The translations under genes were made by a program, and so were the position numbers. The notes under the pieces are model-generated. The model was not told where the DNA came from and ran no database searches. It saw only the letters and a program-made list of their open reading frames with translations. DNA of 64,000 nucleotides, from assembly GCF_015256775.1 (NCBI RefSeq), contig NZ_JABZLM010000006.1; one strand, 5' to 3'. Source of the stretch: Solobacterium sp. Lineage in GTDB: Bacteria; Bacillota_I; Bacilli_A; Erysipelotrichales; Erysipelotrichaceae. Below, piece by piece: positions 19,466-28,783 of the stretch (position 1 is the first letter of the stretch; each line of letters begins with the position of its first letter).

Positions 19466-20305
19466 CTACTTCTTTACAAACATGATATTCATATCTACGT
19501 TTGTCGAAATACCATCTACTGTTCCAGCATCTGTATACTGCCAGATACTGAAATGATAATTAAAGTTTGGTACAGAGGAATAATCTGCTACCCAGAAATC
19601 ATAATCATGTAGATAGTTTATATCAAATACTGTCTCAAATAATTGAGAACTGCTGTATACCATTGCTTGGTAGCCAGCATTTTTTATATGGTTCATAAAT
19701 GTAACAGCTGCTTGTGTACGCTCTTCGGAAGTTGTATTTTCTACACGGTCTGTCGCATTACTTACTTCTTCTAAGTCAAATACAATTGGAAGTTGTAATT
19801 TGTATTTCTTTACGCGTTCTAAGACAAAGTCTGCCTCAGCGCGTGCTTCTTCTGCGGAAACCGCTTGGGAGAAGAAATAAACACCTACATCAATTCCATT
19901 CTCTATTGCGCCTTGGATATTCTCTTCAAAGTACGCATCATCCATGAGAGCTCCTGTTTCATATCCACGATATCCAACCTGAATCATCGCAAACTTCACA
20001 CCACTGTTTTTAACAGCTGCCCAATCGATTGACTTTTGATGAGATGAAACATCAATACCAATTTCAGATGTATATGTATCATCCTCATAGGATGGAAATC
20101 CATTACTCCATGTTAAGTTATCCCAGTTATATGTATGCATGTTTGGATCAGTCTCAACTAGCTGTTCCTCTAACAAGAATTGTCTTGCACGATATGCTTG
20201 CATATAAATATTGCGAATCGTCATTAATATAAAACAGATTACCAACGCAATAGCGATGGCCCATGTTCTCTTTACTCTTTTCTTTCTACGATAATATCTC
20301 ATCAC
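19466..20305 (-). CDS. GH25 family muramidase (lysozyme) with N-terminal membrane anchor
   Basis: GIDVSSHQKSIDW...GVKFAMIQVGYRG...DLEE motifs of the GH25 catalytic domain, after an N-terminal TM helix. Confidence 0.75.
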   Translation of the reverse strand: MMRYYRRKKRVKRTWAIAIALVICFILMTIRNIYMQAYRARQFLLEEQLVETDPNMHTYNWDNLTWSNGFPSYEDDTYTSEIGIDVSSHQKSIDWAAVKNSGVKFAMIQVGYRGYETGALMDDAYFEENIQGAIENGIDVGVYFFSQAVSAEEARAEADFVLERVKKYKLQLPIVFDLEEVSNATDRVENTTSEERTQAAVTFMNHIKNAGYQAMVYSSSQLFETVFDINYLHDYDFWVADYSSVPNFNYHFSIWQYTDAGTVDGISTNVDMNIMFVKK

Positions 20306-20956
20306 TTACCACATCGTTCTAAATCCTAGTAATGAAACTAGACCAAAGAACTTTCCAAGTGTATGTTGAGAAACGAGTATCGTAAGAATAACTGCATATA
20401 TAAACGTAATTAACGCTATCATTAAGAACTTGTTTCCTCTTTTAACTGTCGCAAAAAGAGAACCCATACAAAATGACATCGATAAAAGCATTGACCAAAC
20501 CCAGAGGGCTTCAAGCGTCTGGAAGAAAATAAATATGCCTGCAAGTAATATAAATACTGTTGGGACAAATATAATTCTCGCTACATCACAGTATACATTT
20601 TCTGGTTTTTGTCCTTCTTTGCGGTTTAGATAACAATATGTATAAATACTTCCTAAAAAGAAAATTGTTAGTCCAATGCCACAGATGATACATCTCAAGA
20701 TTAGAACATTCGCAATCAGATTCAATACCACAATAACAACTGATGCCGAAAATGATAAATCACTACCTTGGAAGGGATTTTCGGCAGTCTTCCATAGTGT
20801 AATGAGGTCAGACCTGTTGAAACAAAACCTTGAAAACATACTTTCTTTCACAGCCTCAGGCTGTGATTGTACAGTCTGTTCTACAACTTTTGCGCCGCAA
20901 TAGCCGCAGAACTTGCTTTTGTCAGATATTTCTTTTCCACAGTTCTTACAAATCAT
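20306..20956 (-). CDS. zinc-ribbon domain membrane protein
   Basis: N-terminal CKNCG...CGYCG zinc ribbon followed by about 4 TM helices. Directly abuts the GH25 gene. Confidence 0.5.
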   Translation of the reverse strand: MICKNCGKEISDKSKFCGYCGAKVVEQTVQSQPEAVKESMFSRFCFNRSDLITLWKTAENPFQGSDLSFSASVVIVVLNLIANVLILRCIICGIGLTIFFLGSIYTYCYLNRKEGQKPENVYCDVARIIFVPTVFILLAGIFIFFQTLEALWVWSMLLSMSFCMGSLFATVKRGNKFLMIALITFIYAVILTILVSQHTLGKFFGLVSLLGFRTMW

Positions 20957-21007
20957 TTGGCACCTCCGCGATGAACTTTATTATAACACCGTTAATCAAA
21001 AATCTTT

Positions 21008-21316
21008 TTATCGACGTGTATAATTTAGCAATTCTGCTAGTTTACCAGAGATAATGCCACTATCTTCTAGCATGGTCTTTGTTTTAACATTGTAACTAAA
21101 ATACAATAATAGTGTTAAGAATGTATGCCAGCTCATTTCACGTCTGCCGGTTTCCACTGCACTATATGTCTGACGAGAGATACCTAGAATCATGCATAAT
21201 TCTTCTTGCGAGATTCCAATACGAGCACGAAATACCGGTAAATCATCCGTTAACATTTTAATATATGATTTCTTATCTGATGTTGATAACATCGTAACTT
21301 TTTCATTTAACATCAC
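21008..21316 (-). CDS. XRE-family helix-turn-helix transcriptional regulator
   Basis: HTH ARIGISQEELCMILGISRQTYSAVETG. 102 aa. Confidence 0.65.
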   Translation of the reverse strand: MMLNEKVTMLSTSDKKSYIKMLTDDLPVFRARIGISQEELCMILGISRQTYSAVETGRREMSWHTFLTLLLYFSYNVKTKTMLEDSGIISGKLAELLNYTRR

Positions 21317-21533
21317 AAAACCTCCATAATAACTATAAATAAATTATGCTGTTGTTAGATTCTACGGTCAATGGACCGTTTCTTGAGATTTCCTAAATAT
21401 TGCATAAAAAAACAGCAAACCATTTAATTTACTGTTTCTAAAATTGCCCTATTCAATTAGACAAACTGAGATTTAAGGTTTTAACCCTTACAGAAAATAA
21501 ACAAGATATTCTCCTGAAGTACGTTCTATCTCA

Positions 21534-22334
21534 TTATAGTTTAATGCAAAGTGTAGCTATATAGTCACTTCCATAATGGGATAATCGATGTCTTTTATCG
21601 CACGATTCATAAAAATCTATCATAGCAAGACCATTTTTAAGTTGTCCTCTAATCTGAGTTTCTAAAGTATGACTAAATTCATATCCATATTCTGGGTTTA
21701 TGGTTATCTTGCCTTCCTCTTCAAGCTCTCTTGAATTAAAAGGGATTGAAAACTTTAAAAGTAATTCCTCATCGGGTTTGTCCCATACAGTGTCAGCATC
21801 ATACATGTATATCCAAGGGTTCATAAATCCGACCATTAATAATCCACCCTTTTTCAATACTCGAGCGGCTTCTTTATACATGTTTTCTAAATCTTCTATA
21901 TATACATTTGAAACCGGATTAAAAACAATATCAAAAGTTTCATTTTCAAATGGAAATGGTTTTGTCATATCGCCTTGAACTGTATTGATTTTTAAGCCTT
22001 CTCTTTTCGCAACCATATCATCTCTTTGTAATTGTGATTTAGAAAAATCCATTATAGTGACATCATAACCTTTTACAGCGAAAACCGGTCCCTGTTGTCC
22101 ACCGCCACAAGCTAAACCTAAGATCTTTTTCCCGTTTGTTTTTTCAAACCATTCTTTTGGAACCTTTTTCCCAACGGTTAATGCTACAGAAATTGGATTA
22201 TTTCTAACTTCTTCTAATTCTTCATGTGTCAATGGTTCCGTATAGTCATTTTTTACATTATTCCATCTATCTTGATTCATTTTTATATAATTGTTCATTT
22301 TATAATCACCCCATAATTTTATATTATCTGTCAC
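21534..22334 (-). CDS. class I SAM-dependent methyltransferase
   Basis: Motif I ILGLACGGGQQG and motif post-I TIMDFS. Confidence 0.7.
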   Translation of the reverse strand: MTDNIKLWGDYKMNNYIKMNQDRWNNVKNDYTEPLTHEELEEVRNNPISVALTVGKKVPKEWFEKTNGKKILGLACGGGQQGPVFAVKGYDVTIMDFSKSQLQRDDMVAKREGLKINTVQGDMTKPFPFENETFDIVFNPVSNVYIEDLENMYKEAARVLKKGGLLMVGFMNPWIYMYDADTVWDKPDEELLLKFSIPFNSRELEEEGKITINPEYGYEFSHTLETQIRGQLKNGLAMIDFYESCDKRHRLSHYGSDYIATLCIKL

Positions 22335-22424
22335 TTGTCGTTATCTACATAGTGGTTTTCTCCATCCATAAATAGTCTAAAACGTGTTTTACGACTTTGG
22401 AAGCTTCTTTATCGACTTAAAAAA

Positions 22425-22448
22425 AGAAGTGAAACCACTTCTTTTTTT
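22425..22448 (-). terminator. bidirectional rho-independent terminator (agaagtg-aaac-cacttct, flanked by A/T runs)
   Basis: Perfect 7-bp stem with A5 upstream and T7 downstream. Lies just after the stop of the TelA-like gene. Confidence 0.6.
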
Positions 22449-22453
22449 GGAAA

Positions 22454-23689
22454 CTATCTCTTTGTGACGTCTTTTTCTGCATTGATTTCCAATAACTTAT
22501 TTGTTAATTGGTTTTCAATACGACGTAGTTCAAGCTGTGCAGCTTCACGCTTGTCACGGCCTTCCTTCTGGATGTTCAATACTTCATCCAATGTAGAAAT
22601 TAACTGCTCGTTTGTATGTTGTAATGTTTCGATATCAACAATACCACGTTCACTCTCTTTCGCTGTATCAACTGTTGCTTGGTGCAATGTTTCCGCATTC
22701 TTCTTGAGAAGTTCATTCGTCATGTTTGTAACTTCACGTTGTGCTTCCATTGCTTGCTTGGAGTGTGTGATACCTAAAGACAATACAATCTGATTCTTCC
22801 AAAGTGGAATTGTATTCGCAAGCGTACTCTGGATCTTTTCAGTCATTAGCGTATCGTTGTTCTGTACCAAACGAATCTGTGGAGCCATCTGAATGGAAAC
22901 CTGTCTTGTTAGTTCAAGATCATAGAGTTTCTTTTCAAAACGTACACAAGCCTGTTCCAAGTCATTTGCTTTCTGTGCATCTTCAGGTAAGCCTGTCTGC
23001 TTTGCCTTTGCGATTAATGCAGGTAATTCATTTGCACGAACGTCCTTTAACTTCTTACGTCCAGCAATGATATACATGCTTAATTCCTTGATGTTTACTT
23101 GGTTACGTTCATAGAGTTCATCGAGTAAAGCGATATCCTTCAATAATTGAATTTGATGATCTTCTAAGACACCTGCAATCTTTTCAACGTTAGCTTCTGC
23201 CTTGTCATAGCGAGCTCTGAACTCTTCAACCTTTGACTTACCTTTTTCAAATAAGCTTGCGAAGAATCCCTTCTTCTCATCAGAGTCAGATGTATTCTTT
23301 AAATTTACAACAAGATCTGTGAGGATATTTCCAATCTCACCCAAGTCCTTTGTACGTACATTCTGCAATGCTGTATTGGAGAAATCCGTTACTTTCTTCT
23401 GCGCAGCAGAACCGTACTGGAGAACTGTATTGGAATCCATGATATCAATCTTCTGTGAGAAAGTATCGATTGTCTTTTGTTCTGCATCACTGAATTCTGT
23501 TGCCTCAATTGGATCAATAGATTTTAGTTTCTCATCTTCTTCAGCAGCTTTTTTTGCTTCTAAGTCAGCTAACTGCTTTTGGTTTTCTTCTTGAAGCTCA
23601 TCAGGCGTAAGCGTAAGCGTGATTTCTGGCTCTGTTTGTGTCTGTGCTTGTGCCTGTGTTTGTGTTTGATTTGTATTATTTTCGCTCAT
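22454..23689 (-). CDS. TelA/KlaA-like toxic anion resistance family protein
   Basis: 411 aa, mostly helical/coiled-coil, with TelA-like size and composition. The N-terminus has a low-complexity (QT/QA)n tract. Confidence 0.55.
   Translation of the reverse strand: MSENNTNQTQTQAQAQTQTEPEITLTLTPDELQEENQKQLADLEAKKAAEEDEKLKSIDPIEATEFSDAEQKTIDTFSQKIDIMDSNTVLQYGSAAQKKVTDFSNTALQNVRTKDLGEIGNILTDLVVNLKNTSDSDEKKGFFASLFEKGKSKVEEFRARYDKAEANVEKIAGVLEDHQIQLLKDIALLDELYERNQVNIKELSMYIIAGRKKLKDVRANELPALIAKAKQTGLPEDAQKANDLEQACVRFEKKLYDLELTRQVSIQMAPQIRLVQNNDTLMTEKIQSTLANTIPLWKNQIVLSLGITHSKQAMEAQREVTNMTNELLKKNAETLHQATVDTAKESERGIVDIETLQHTNEQLISTLDEVLNIQKEGRDKREAAQLELRRIENQLTNKLLEINAEKDVTKR
23604..23674. repeat. 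simple-sequence tract (gcgtaa x3, then a TG/TGT-rich run) encoding LTLTLT and QTQTQAQAQTQTQ within the TelA-like N-terminus
   Basis: Direct reading of 23606-23674. Confidence 0.6.
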
Positions 23690-23736
23690 GTCATTCCCCT
23701 TCTGTTGTATATAGATTTAGTATACCACGTTGTTTT

Positions 23737-25653
23737 TTAATTGATATTCATTTTTTTCTCGCGCTGTCTGCGAATCAGATATGTGATAAGTCTGATGATT
23801 CCTAGCAGTGCTGCGATTGCGATAATGATTGCTAGATAGATACGATAGCCAAAGGCTGAAGTGTTTTGGAAGAAGCGTATGAAACTAAAATGCTTATCCT
23901 TAATTTTCTGATCTCTTGTGGTTTGGTACTGCGCTTTCATCTCAGATACTCCATTTACTTTATCCATATCTGAGATATAACGTGTGATTGCTTGCCATTC
24001 TTTTAACTCAGTTCCATCCGCATTGTACAAGATCATATCTGAGAAATCTTTGATTTCATGACCTGAGGCATCATATGTATGAATGTCTAACTGATTAAAT
24101 GTCTTCTTACCTACCGATGGCAACATATTTGCGATATACAAGTTCGTTACCACTGGGTACAACTTATCTTTTTCTACAGGTATATAGAAACCTGCATTCG
24201 TGCGAACTTCCGCATCAACTACATGATTTAAGATAAAGCGGTAATCAGAGTAATGATACTGCATGCCACTAAAGAATAGTTGCCCATCCACCATCATATC
24301 TTTACCCACACTACGGTCTAACTCTGCAACTTTGATTAAATCAGAGCCCTTCATATATACACGAATCAGTGGATATCCAAGTAAGCCATCATTTCCCTTG
24401 CCAAGGTTTACCGCATCGTATACTTCTCCAACTGTGATATCACCCTTTACAAGTCCAGAGCGGATAATGCCCTTTGCGGTTAATCCTATCGTAAATGAAG
24501 TATCTTTGGTTGTTAACTTGCTTGCATATACATAGGCATCCGTAATGAGGTCTGCCATAGAGTTTCCTGTAAAGGCGGAATAATCTTCATACACATCCGT
24601 TAGCGGGAAGTTTGTATACCCAATCGATTGGTCCATTGTATATCCATATTGCTTGAGATAATTTTCATTTACATCCGTTTTATATTCTTGAATCTTTGCG
24701 TTAATTGTTTGATCGACTGGACTTTCTGCCGTAATAGGAATTAATTGATAATCAATCTTCTCTTTTGTCTTTGCGTTGATATCTAACAAACCAAGATACT
24801 TACCAAAACATCCCGCAGATACAATCCATGTTTTATTCTTATGAATCGGTTCTGTTAAAACAGTATGGGTATGACCACTGATAATAACGTCGATACCATC
24901 TACCTTCTCTGCAAGGATTTCATCCTCCGACTTACTAGGGTCTTTATTTGTGCCACTATGAGAAAGGCAAACAATCACTTGTGCACCTTCTTCTTTCAGT
25001 TTCTGAACCATCTTCTTGGCTACTTCGATACGGTCAGGGAAAGTGTTACTACCAGCAGCTGTGTAATAGACACTGTCTTCACCCATTACCCCAAATAAGC
25101 CAATCTTATATCCACCACGTTCAATGATTTTATATTCTGCACCACCGTGATCTTCCCAGGCTTTCTTTAACGCCTGCGATTCCTCATCCTCACCAAATGT
25201 AAGGTTACTACAAAGAATTGGAGGGGTATTGGTAGAACTTTCAATCATCTTTGTAAGAGAGGTGACACCATAATCAAACTCATGGTTTCCAAGTGTTGTC
25301 GCATCATAACCCATCATTCCTAATAGCGATAAATCAGGTGCACTCTTTTCAAATAAGGCATTATAGAAAGTACCCATCGAGAAATCACCCGCATCGACTA
25401 GTACCGTATGATCGTTACGATTTGCCGCAATGGTTCCTGCTAGTTGTGCATATCCACCAATCACTTCTGGTTCACCCGTCTCTGTATTCGTCACGCGATA
25501 GGAATCGATATGATCATGTAAGTCATGCGTAAATAGAATACGTACCGTCGAACTATCATCCGATTTCGATTCTTCATCAGCGTATACAACTGTGGAAATC
25601 GTACTTGTAAGTACGGTCATCACAGTTATAATTTTTAATAAAAATTTATTCAT
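23737..25653 (-). CDS. bifunctional metallophosphatase/5'-nucleotidase (UshA-like), secreted with C-terminal membrane anchor
   Basis: Signal peptide. Calcineurin-like motifs (D-x-H, GDxx, GNHEF). 638 aa with a C-terminal hydrophobic helix plus RRQREKK. Confidence 0.75.
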   Translation of the reverse strand: MNKFLLKIITVMTVLTSTISTVVYADEESKSDDSSTVRILFTHDLHDHIDSYRVTNTETGEPEVIGGYAQLAGTIAANRNDHTVLVDAGDFSMGTFYNALFEKSAPDLSLLGMMGYDATTLGNHEFDYGVTSLTKMIESSTNTPPILCSNLTFGEDEESQALKKAWEDHGGAEYKIIERGGYKIGLFGVMGEDSVYYTAAGSNTFPDRIEVAKKMVQKLKEEGAQVIVCLSHSGTNKDPSKSEDEILAEKVDGIDVIISGHTHTVLTEPIHKNKTWIVSAGCFGKYLGLLDINAKTKEKIDYQLIPITAESPVDQTINAKIQEYKTDVNENYLKQYGYTMDQSIGYTNFPLTDVYEDYSAFTGNSMADLITDAYVYASKLTTKDTSFTIGLTAKGIIRSGLVKGDITVGEVYDAVNLGKGNDGLLGYPLIRVYMKGSDLIKVAELDRSVGKDMMVDGQLFFSGMQYHYSDYRFILNHVVDAEVRTNAGFYIPVEKDKLYPVVTNLYIANMLPSVGKKTFNQLDIHTYDASGHEIKDFSDMILYNADGTELKEWQAITRYISDMDKVNGVSEMKAQYQTTRDQKIKDKHFSFIRFFQNTSAFGYRIYLAIIIAIAALLGIIRLITYLIRRQREKKMNIN

Positions 25654-25750
25654 GTTGCTAGCACCTCTGCGCTTTTGATTATATCATTTTGCATATTGAA
25701 AAGAATGAGGAAACCCCATTCTTTAACATTTTTCAACAATTTTCACTTTA

Positions 25751-27442
25751 TTATGCAAAGTTATATTCTGTCACAATTGGCTTTCTGCCCTCTGCCTTAT
25801 CTCTATAGTATTCATAGAAACTAATACCTAGATAAGAACCAGAAATATTGTAAACATTTGTATAGCCAAGCTTCTGTAATGCACAGATGACATTGTAACT
25901 ACGTTGTGAAGAACGACAGTGCAAGTATACAGGAACATCTGTAGGAATTTCACTGAGTCTTTCTCTAAACTGAGACATTGGAATATTCACCGCGTTAATC
26001 AGATGTCCCTTTTCAAACTCATCTGGTTCACGAACATCGATAATGCATGCATTATTTTCCACAAGCTCTCTTACTTTGTAAACTGGAACCTGTCTAAATT
26101 TATCATGTAAAAGATTTAGTCCTACAAGAGCTGTGTGATTCACAACATCCTTCGCTGTTGAGTAGTATGGGGAATAGCATAGCTCTAATTCCTTTAAGTC
26201 TTCAAGTGTTGCGTTCATACTAATCATAGCCGCAATCACATCGATTCTCTTATCTACACTACCCTTACCAACTGCCTGCGCTCCTAAGATTCTTCCCGTA
26301 GGCTTTTCAAAAATAAGCTTAAAGAAAAGTGGGTTACTATCTGGCATTAAGCCAACCTTATCTCCTGGGATTGTATACGCAAAGTCATAGTTATAACCGT
26401 GTTGTTGACAATCTTTTTCATTTAAACCTGTGTTTGCTACATTTAAGCCAAAGAGATGGATACAGCTTGAGCCAATAACACCTCTATTACTGTGTGTTTC
26501 ACCAAACATATGGTCAGCAGCAGCTCTTGCCTGTCTTTGTGCAGGTCCTGCAAGTGGAAGTCTAGTCTTATCATTTGTAAGTCTATTTGTAACTTCGATT
26601 GCGTCTCCTACTGCATAAATATCAGGATAGTTTGTCTGGTAGTTATAGTTTACTAAGATTGCCCCTGTCTTACCAAGCTCGATACCACAATCCTTCGCAA
26701 GCTTTGTCTCTGGCGCTACACCGATTGCCATAATCACAGCTTCAGCTGGAAGATGTTCTCCACTAGAGAGAACTACTTCACCTTCACCGACTTCTGTCAC
26801 TGTCTTTCCTAAATAAAGGTTAATACCATTATCAATAATTTCCTTGTGGAGAATCTGTGCCATATCTTCATCAAGAGGTTTCATAACCTGTGGTAAACCT
26901 TCCACTAGATTTACTTCTTTTCCTGCTTCGCGGAAATTCTCAGCCACTTCTAGACCAATAAAACCACCACCAACAACAGTTACCTTATTCACATTCTTCG
27001 CAGCTACATAAGCTTCAATCTTTTTAATGTCTGTAACATTCTTTACTACAAATACATTCTCACGGTCGATACCTTTAATTGAAGCCGGCAAGATTGCGTT
27101 CGCACCTGGTGAAAGTGCTAATTTATCATAACTTTCTGTAAAGCTTTCTCCAGTAACTAAATTCTTTACGACTACTTCTTTCTTGTCTGGATGAATCTCT
27201 GTAACCTCATGCTTTACCAAAGCCTTGATTCTGTACTTATTCCAGAACTCTTCTGGATTCATCAAAACTAGCTTATCGCTGTTATCAACGATTCCACTTA
27301 AAGCGAAAGGTAGGCAGCAGTTAGAGAAGGATACATTCTCTCCTCTTTCAAACATAATAACTTCTGCTGTTTCATCGATTCTTCTAGCTCTTGCGGCAAC
27401 ACTGGCACCACCAGCTACACCACCTATAACTACAATCTTCAT
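25751..27442 (-). CDS. CoA-disulfide reductase with C-terminal rhodanese domain (CoADR-RHD)
   Basis: FAD motif IVVIGGVAGG, an active-site Cys region (SFSNCC), a second NAD(P) motif VTVVGGGFIG, and a C-terminal rhodanese active-site loop CRSSQRS. Confidence 0.8.
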   Translation of the reverse strand: MKIVVIGGVAGGASVAARARRIDETAEVIMFERGENVSFSNCCLPFALSGIVDNSDKLVLMNPEEFWNKYRIKALVKHEVTEIHPDKKEVVVKNLVTGESFTESYDKLALSPGANAILPASIKGIDRENVFVVKNVTDIKKIEAYVAAKNVNKVTVVGGGFIGLEVAENFREAGKEVNLVEGLPQVMKPLDEDMAQILHKEIIDNGINLYLGKTVTEVGEGEVVLSSGEHLPAEAVIMAIGVAPETKLAKDCGIELGKTGAILVNYNYQTNYPDIYAVGDAIEVTNRLTNDKTRLPLAGPAQRQARAAADHMFGETHSNRGVIGSSCIHLFGLNVANTGLNEKDCQQHGYNYDFAYTIPGDKVGLMPDSNPLFFKLIFEKPTGRILGAQAVGKGSVDKRIDVIAAMISMNATLEDLKELELCYSPYYSTAKDVVNHTALVGLNLLHDKFRQVPVYKVRELVENNACIIDVREPDEFEKGHLINAVNIPMSQFRERLSEIPTDVPVYLHCRSSQRSYNVICALQKLGYTNVYNISGSYLGISFYEYYRDKAEGRKPIVTEYNFA

Positions 27443-27457
27443 ACTTTCTCCTTTTCT

Positions 27458-28783
27458 TCACGAAACATTCTTTCTTTTTCTAAATTGATATACCAAAATA
27501 CCACAAACCGTCCATAAAATTAGACTAATGAAAGCTTCCTTTGAAAGTTGTGCGGGAGATCCTGGAAACATTAACAGCACGATAAAACTGGCTGAAATCA
27601 GCGAGCCAAGCACACACAGTACTTTTTCCACCTTAGATTTCGCAAGGGATATACTGATGAAACTTACATACATATACGCTACTGCCGCAAGCACACTTGC
27701 CATATCTACAATGTAGATAATTACACGTCTACCAACAAAGGCTCCAATTAAACTAATCGCACAGACAAAGAGAATAGCATATGGTTGTACACCTTTCTCG
27801 TTTTTGATGCTGTATTTTGGGCCTAAATGCTTTCTTTGGGATAGACTTGCAATCAGTTTACTCGACGCAATCATAAAACCATTGATTCCACCAATCACAG
27901 CAGCTGCCAAAGCAATTAACATGATATAGAATCCAGCTTTACCTAAGTGTTGAATCACCGCATCCGCGACAGCCCAATGCGTCTTCATAGCTGCTTCAGG
28001 TGAAAAGCCTAATCCAGCTATAGTATTTAATGCTCCATAAATGAATATACCAATCAATACCGAAATCCCTACGAGTAACGTAGATTTTTCAGGTTTAAAG
28101 CCAAGTTCTTCTGAAACCTGTGGTACTACATCAAACCCTACAAATAAGAAGGGAGCTATCGCTACGATCTTTGAAATCTCACTGAACGAAAAGCGGTAGT
28201 TTTCCACATAGTTTTGATGAAAGGCCTGCAAATCACTTCTCATAAACATCAAACATAGAAGCCCTGATACAATGACAGCCAAAAGAATGCTCATGATATT
28301 TTGCACCTTCGTGCTAATTTTTAACCCTTGAATATTGATGTAACCAAACAAAATAATGACAGCAGACATCACAAGTACATCCGTTAGATAGATAGGATAT
28401 CCCGAAATGGAATATAGATAGAAGAAATCCATCTTCGCACCAAATATCTCACGTAACAGAAGAACAAATGCGCCTGCATTAAGTGGAACCATGCTTAAAT
28501 AACAAAGACTTAGGGACCAGCCCACTACAAAGCCATGTACCTTGCCTAAATGATTTAAAGCATAGGTAAACTCTCCACCATCTTCTCTATGATTCTCGAG
28601 CATGATGTGATAGCCATTTTGTATCACCATGATAAAGACACCACCAATCAAAAGCCCGATAAAGGTATTGATTACACCTGCTTCTTTTAAAAACTTTGTA
28701 CCTGGAAGAGTAAAGGAACCCCAGCCTATAATGGCTCCAATTACTAATCCAAGAACATCGATATATCTTAATTTTTTATCCAT
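27458..28783 (-). CDS. APC-superfamily amino acid/polyamine permease
   Basis: 441 aa with about 12 TM helices and an N-terminal GxxxGxG-like APC motif. Overlaps the neighbouring genes by a few nt. Confidence 0.6.
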   Translation of the reverse strand: MDKKLRYIDVLGLVIGAIIGWGSFTLPGTKFLKEAGVINTFIGLLIGGVFIMVIQNGYHIMLENHREDGGEFTYALNHLGKVHGFVVGWSLSLCYLSMVPLNAGAFVLLLREIFGAKMDFFYLYSISGYPIYLTDVLVMSAVIILFGYINIQGLKISTKVQNIMSILLAVIVSGLLCLMFMRSDLQAFHQNYVENYRFSFSEISKIVAIAPFLFVGFDVVPQVSEELGFKPEKSTLLVGISVLIGIFIYGALNTIAGLGFSPEAAMKTHWAVADAVIQHLGKAGFYIMLIALAAAVIGGINGFMIASSKLIASLSQRKHLGPKYSIKNEKGVQPYAILFVCAISLIGAFVGRRVIIYIVDMASVLAAVAYMYVSFISISLAKSKVEKVLCVLGSLISASFIVLLMFPGSPAQLSKEAFISLILWTVCGILVYQFRKRKNVS

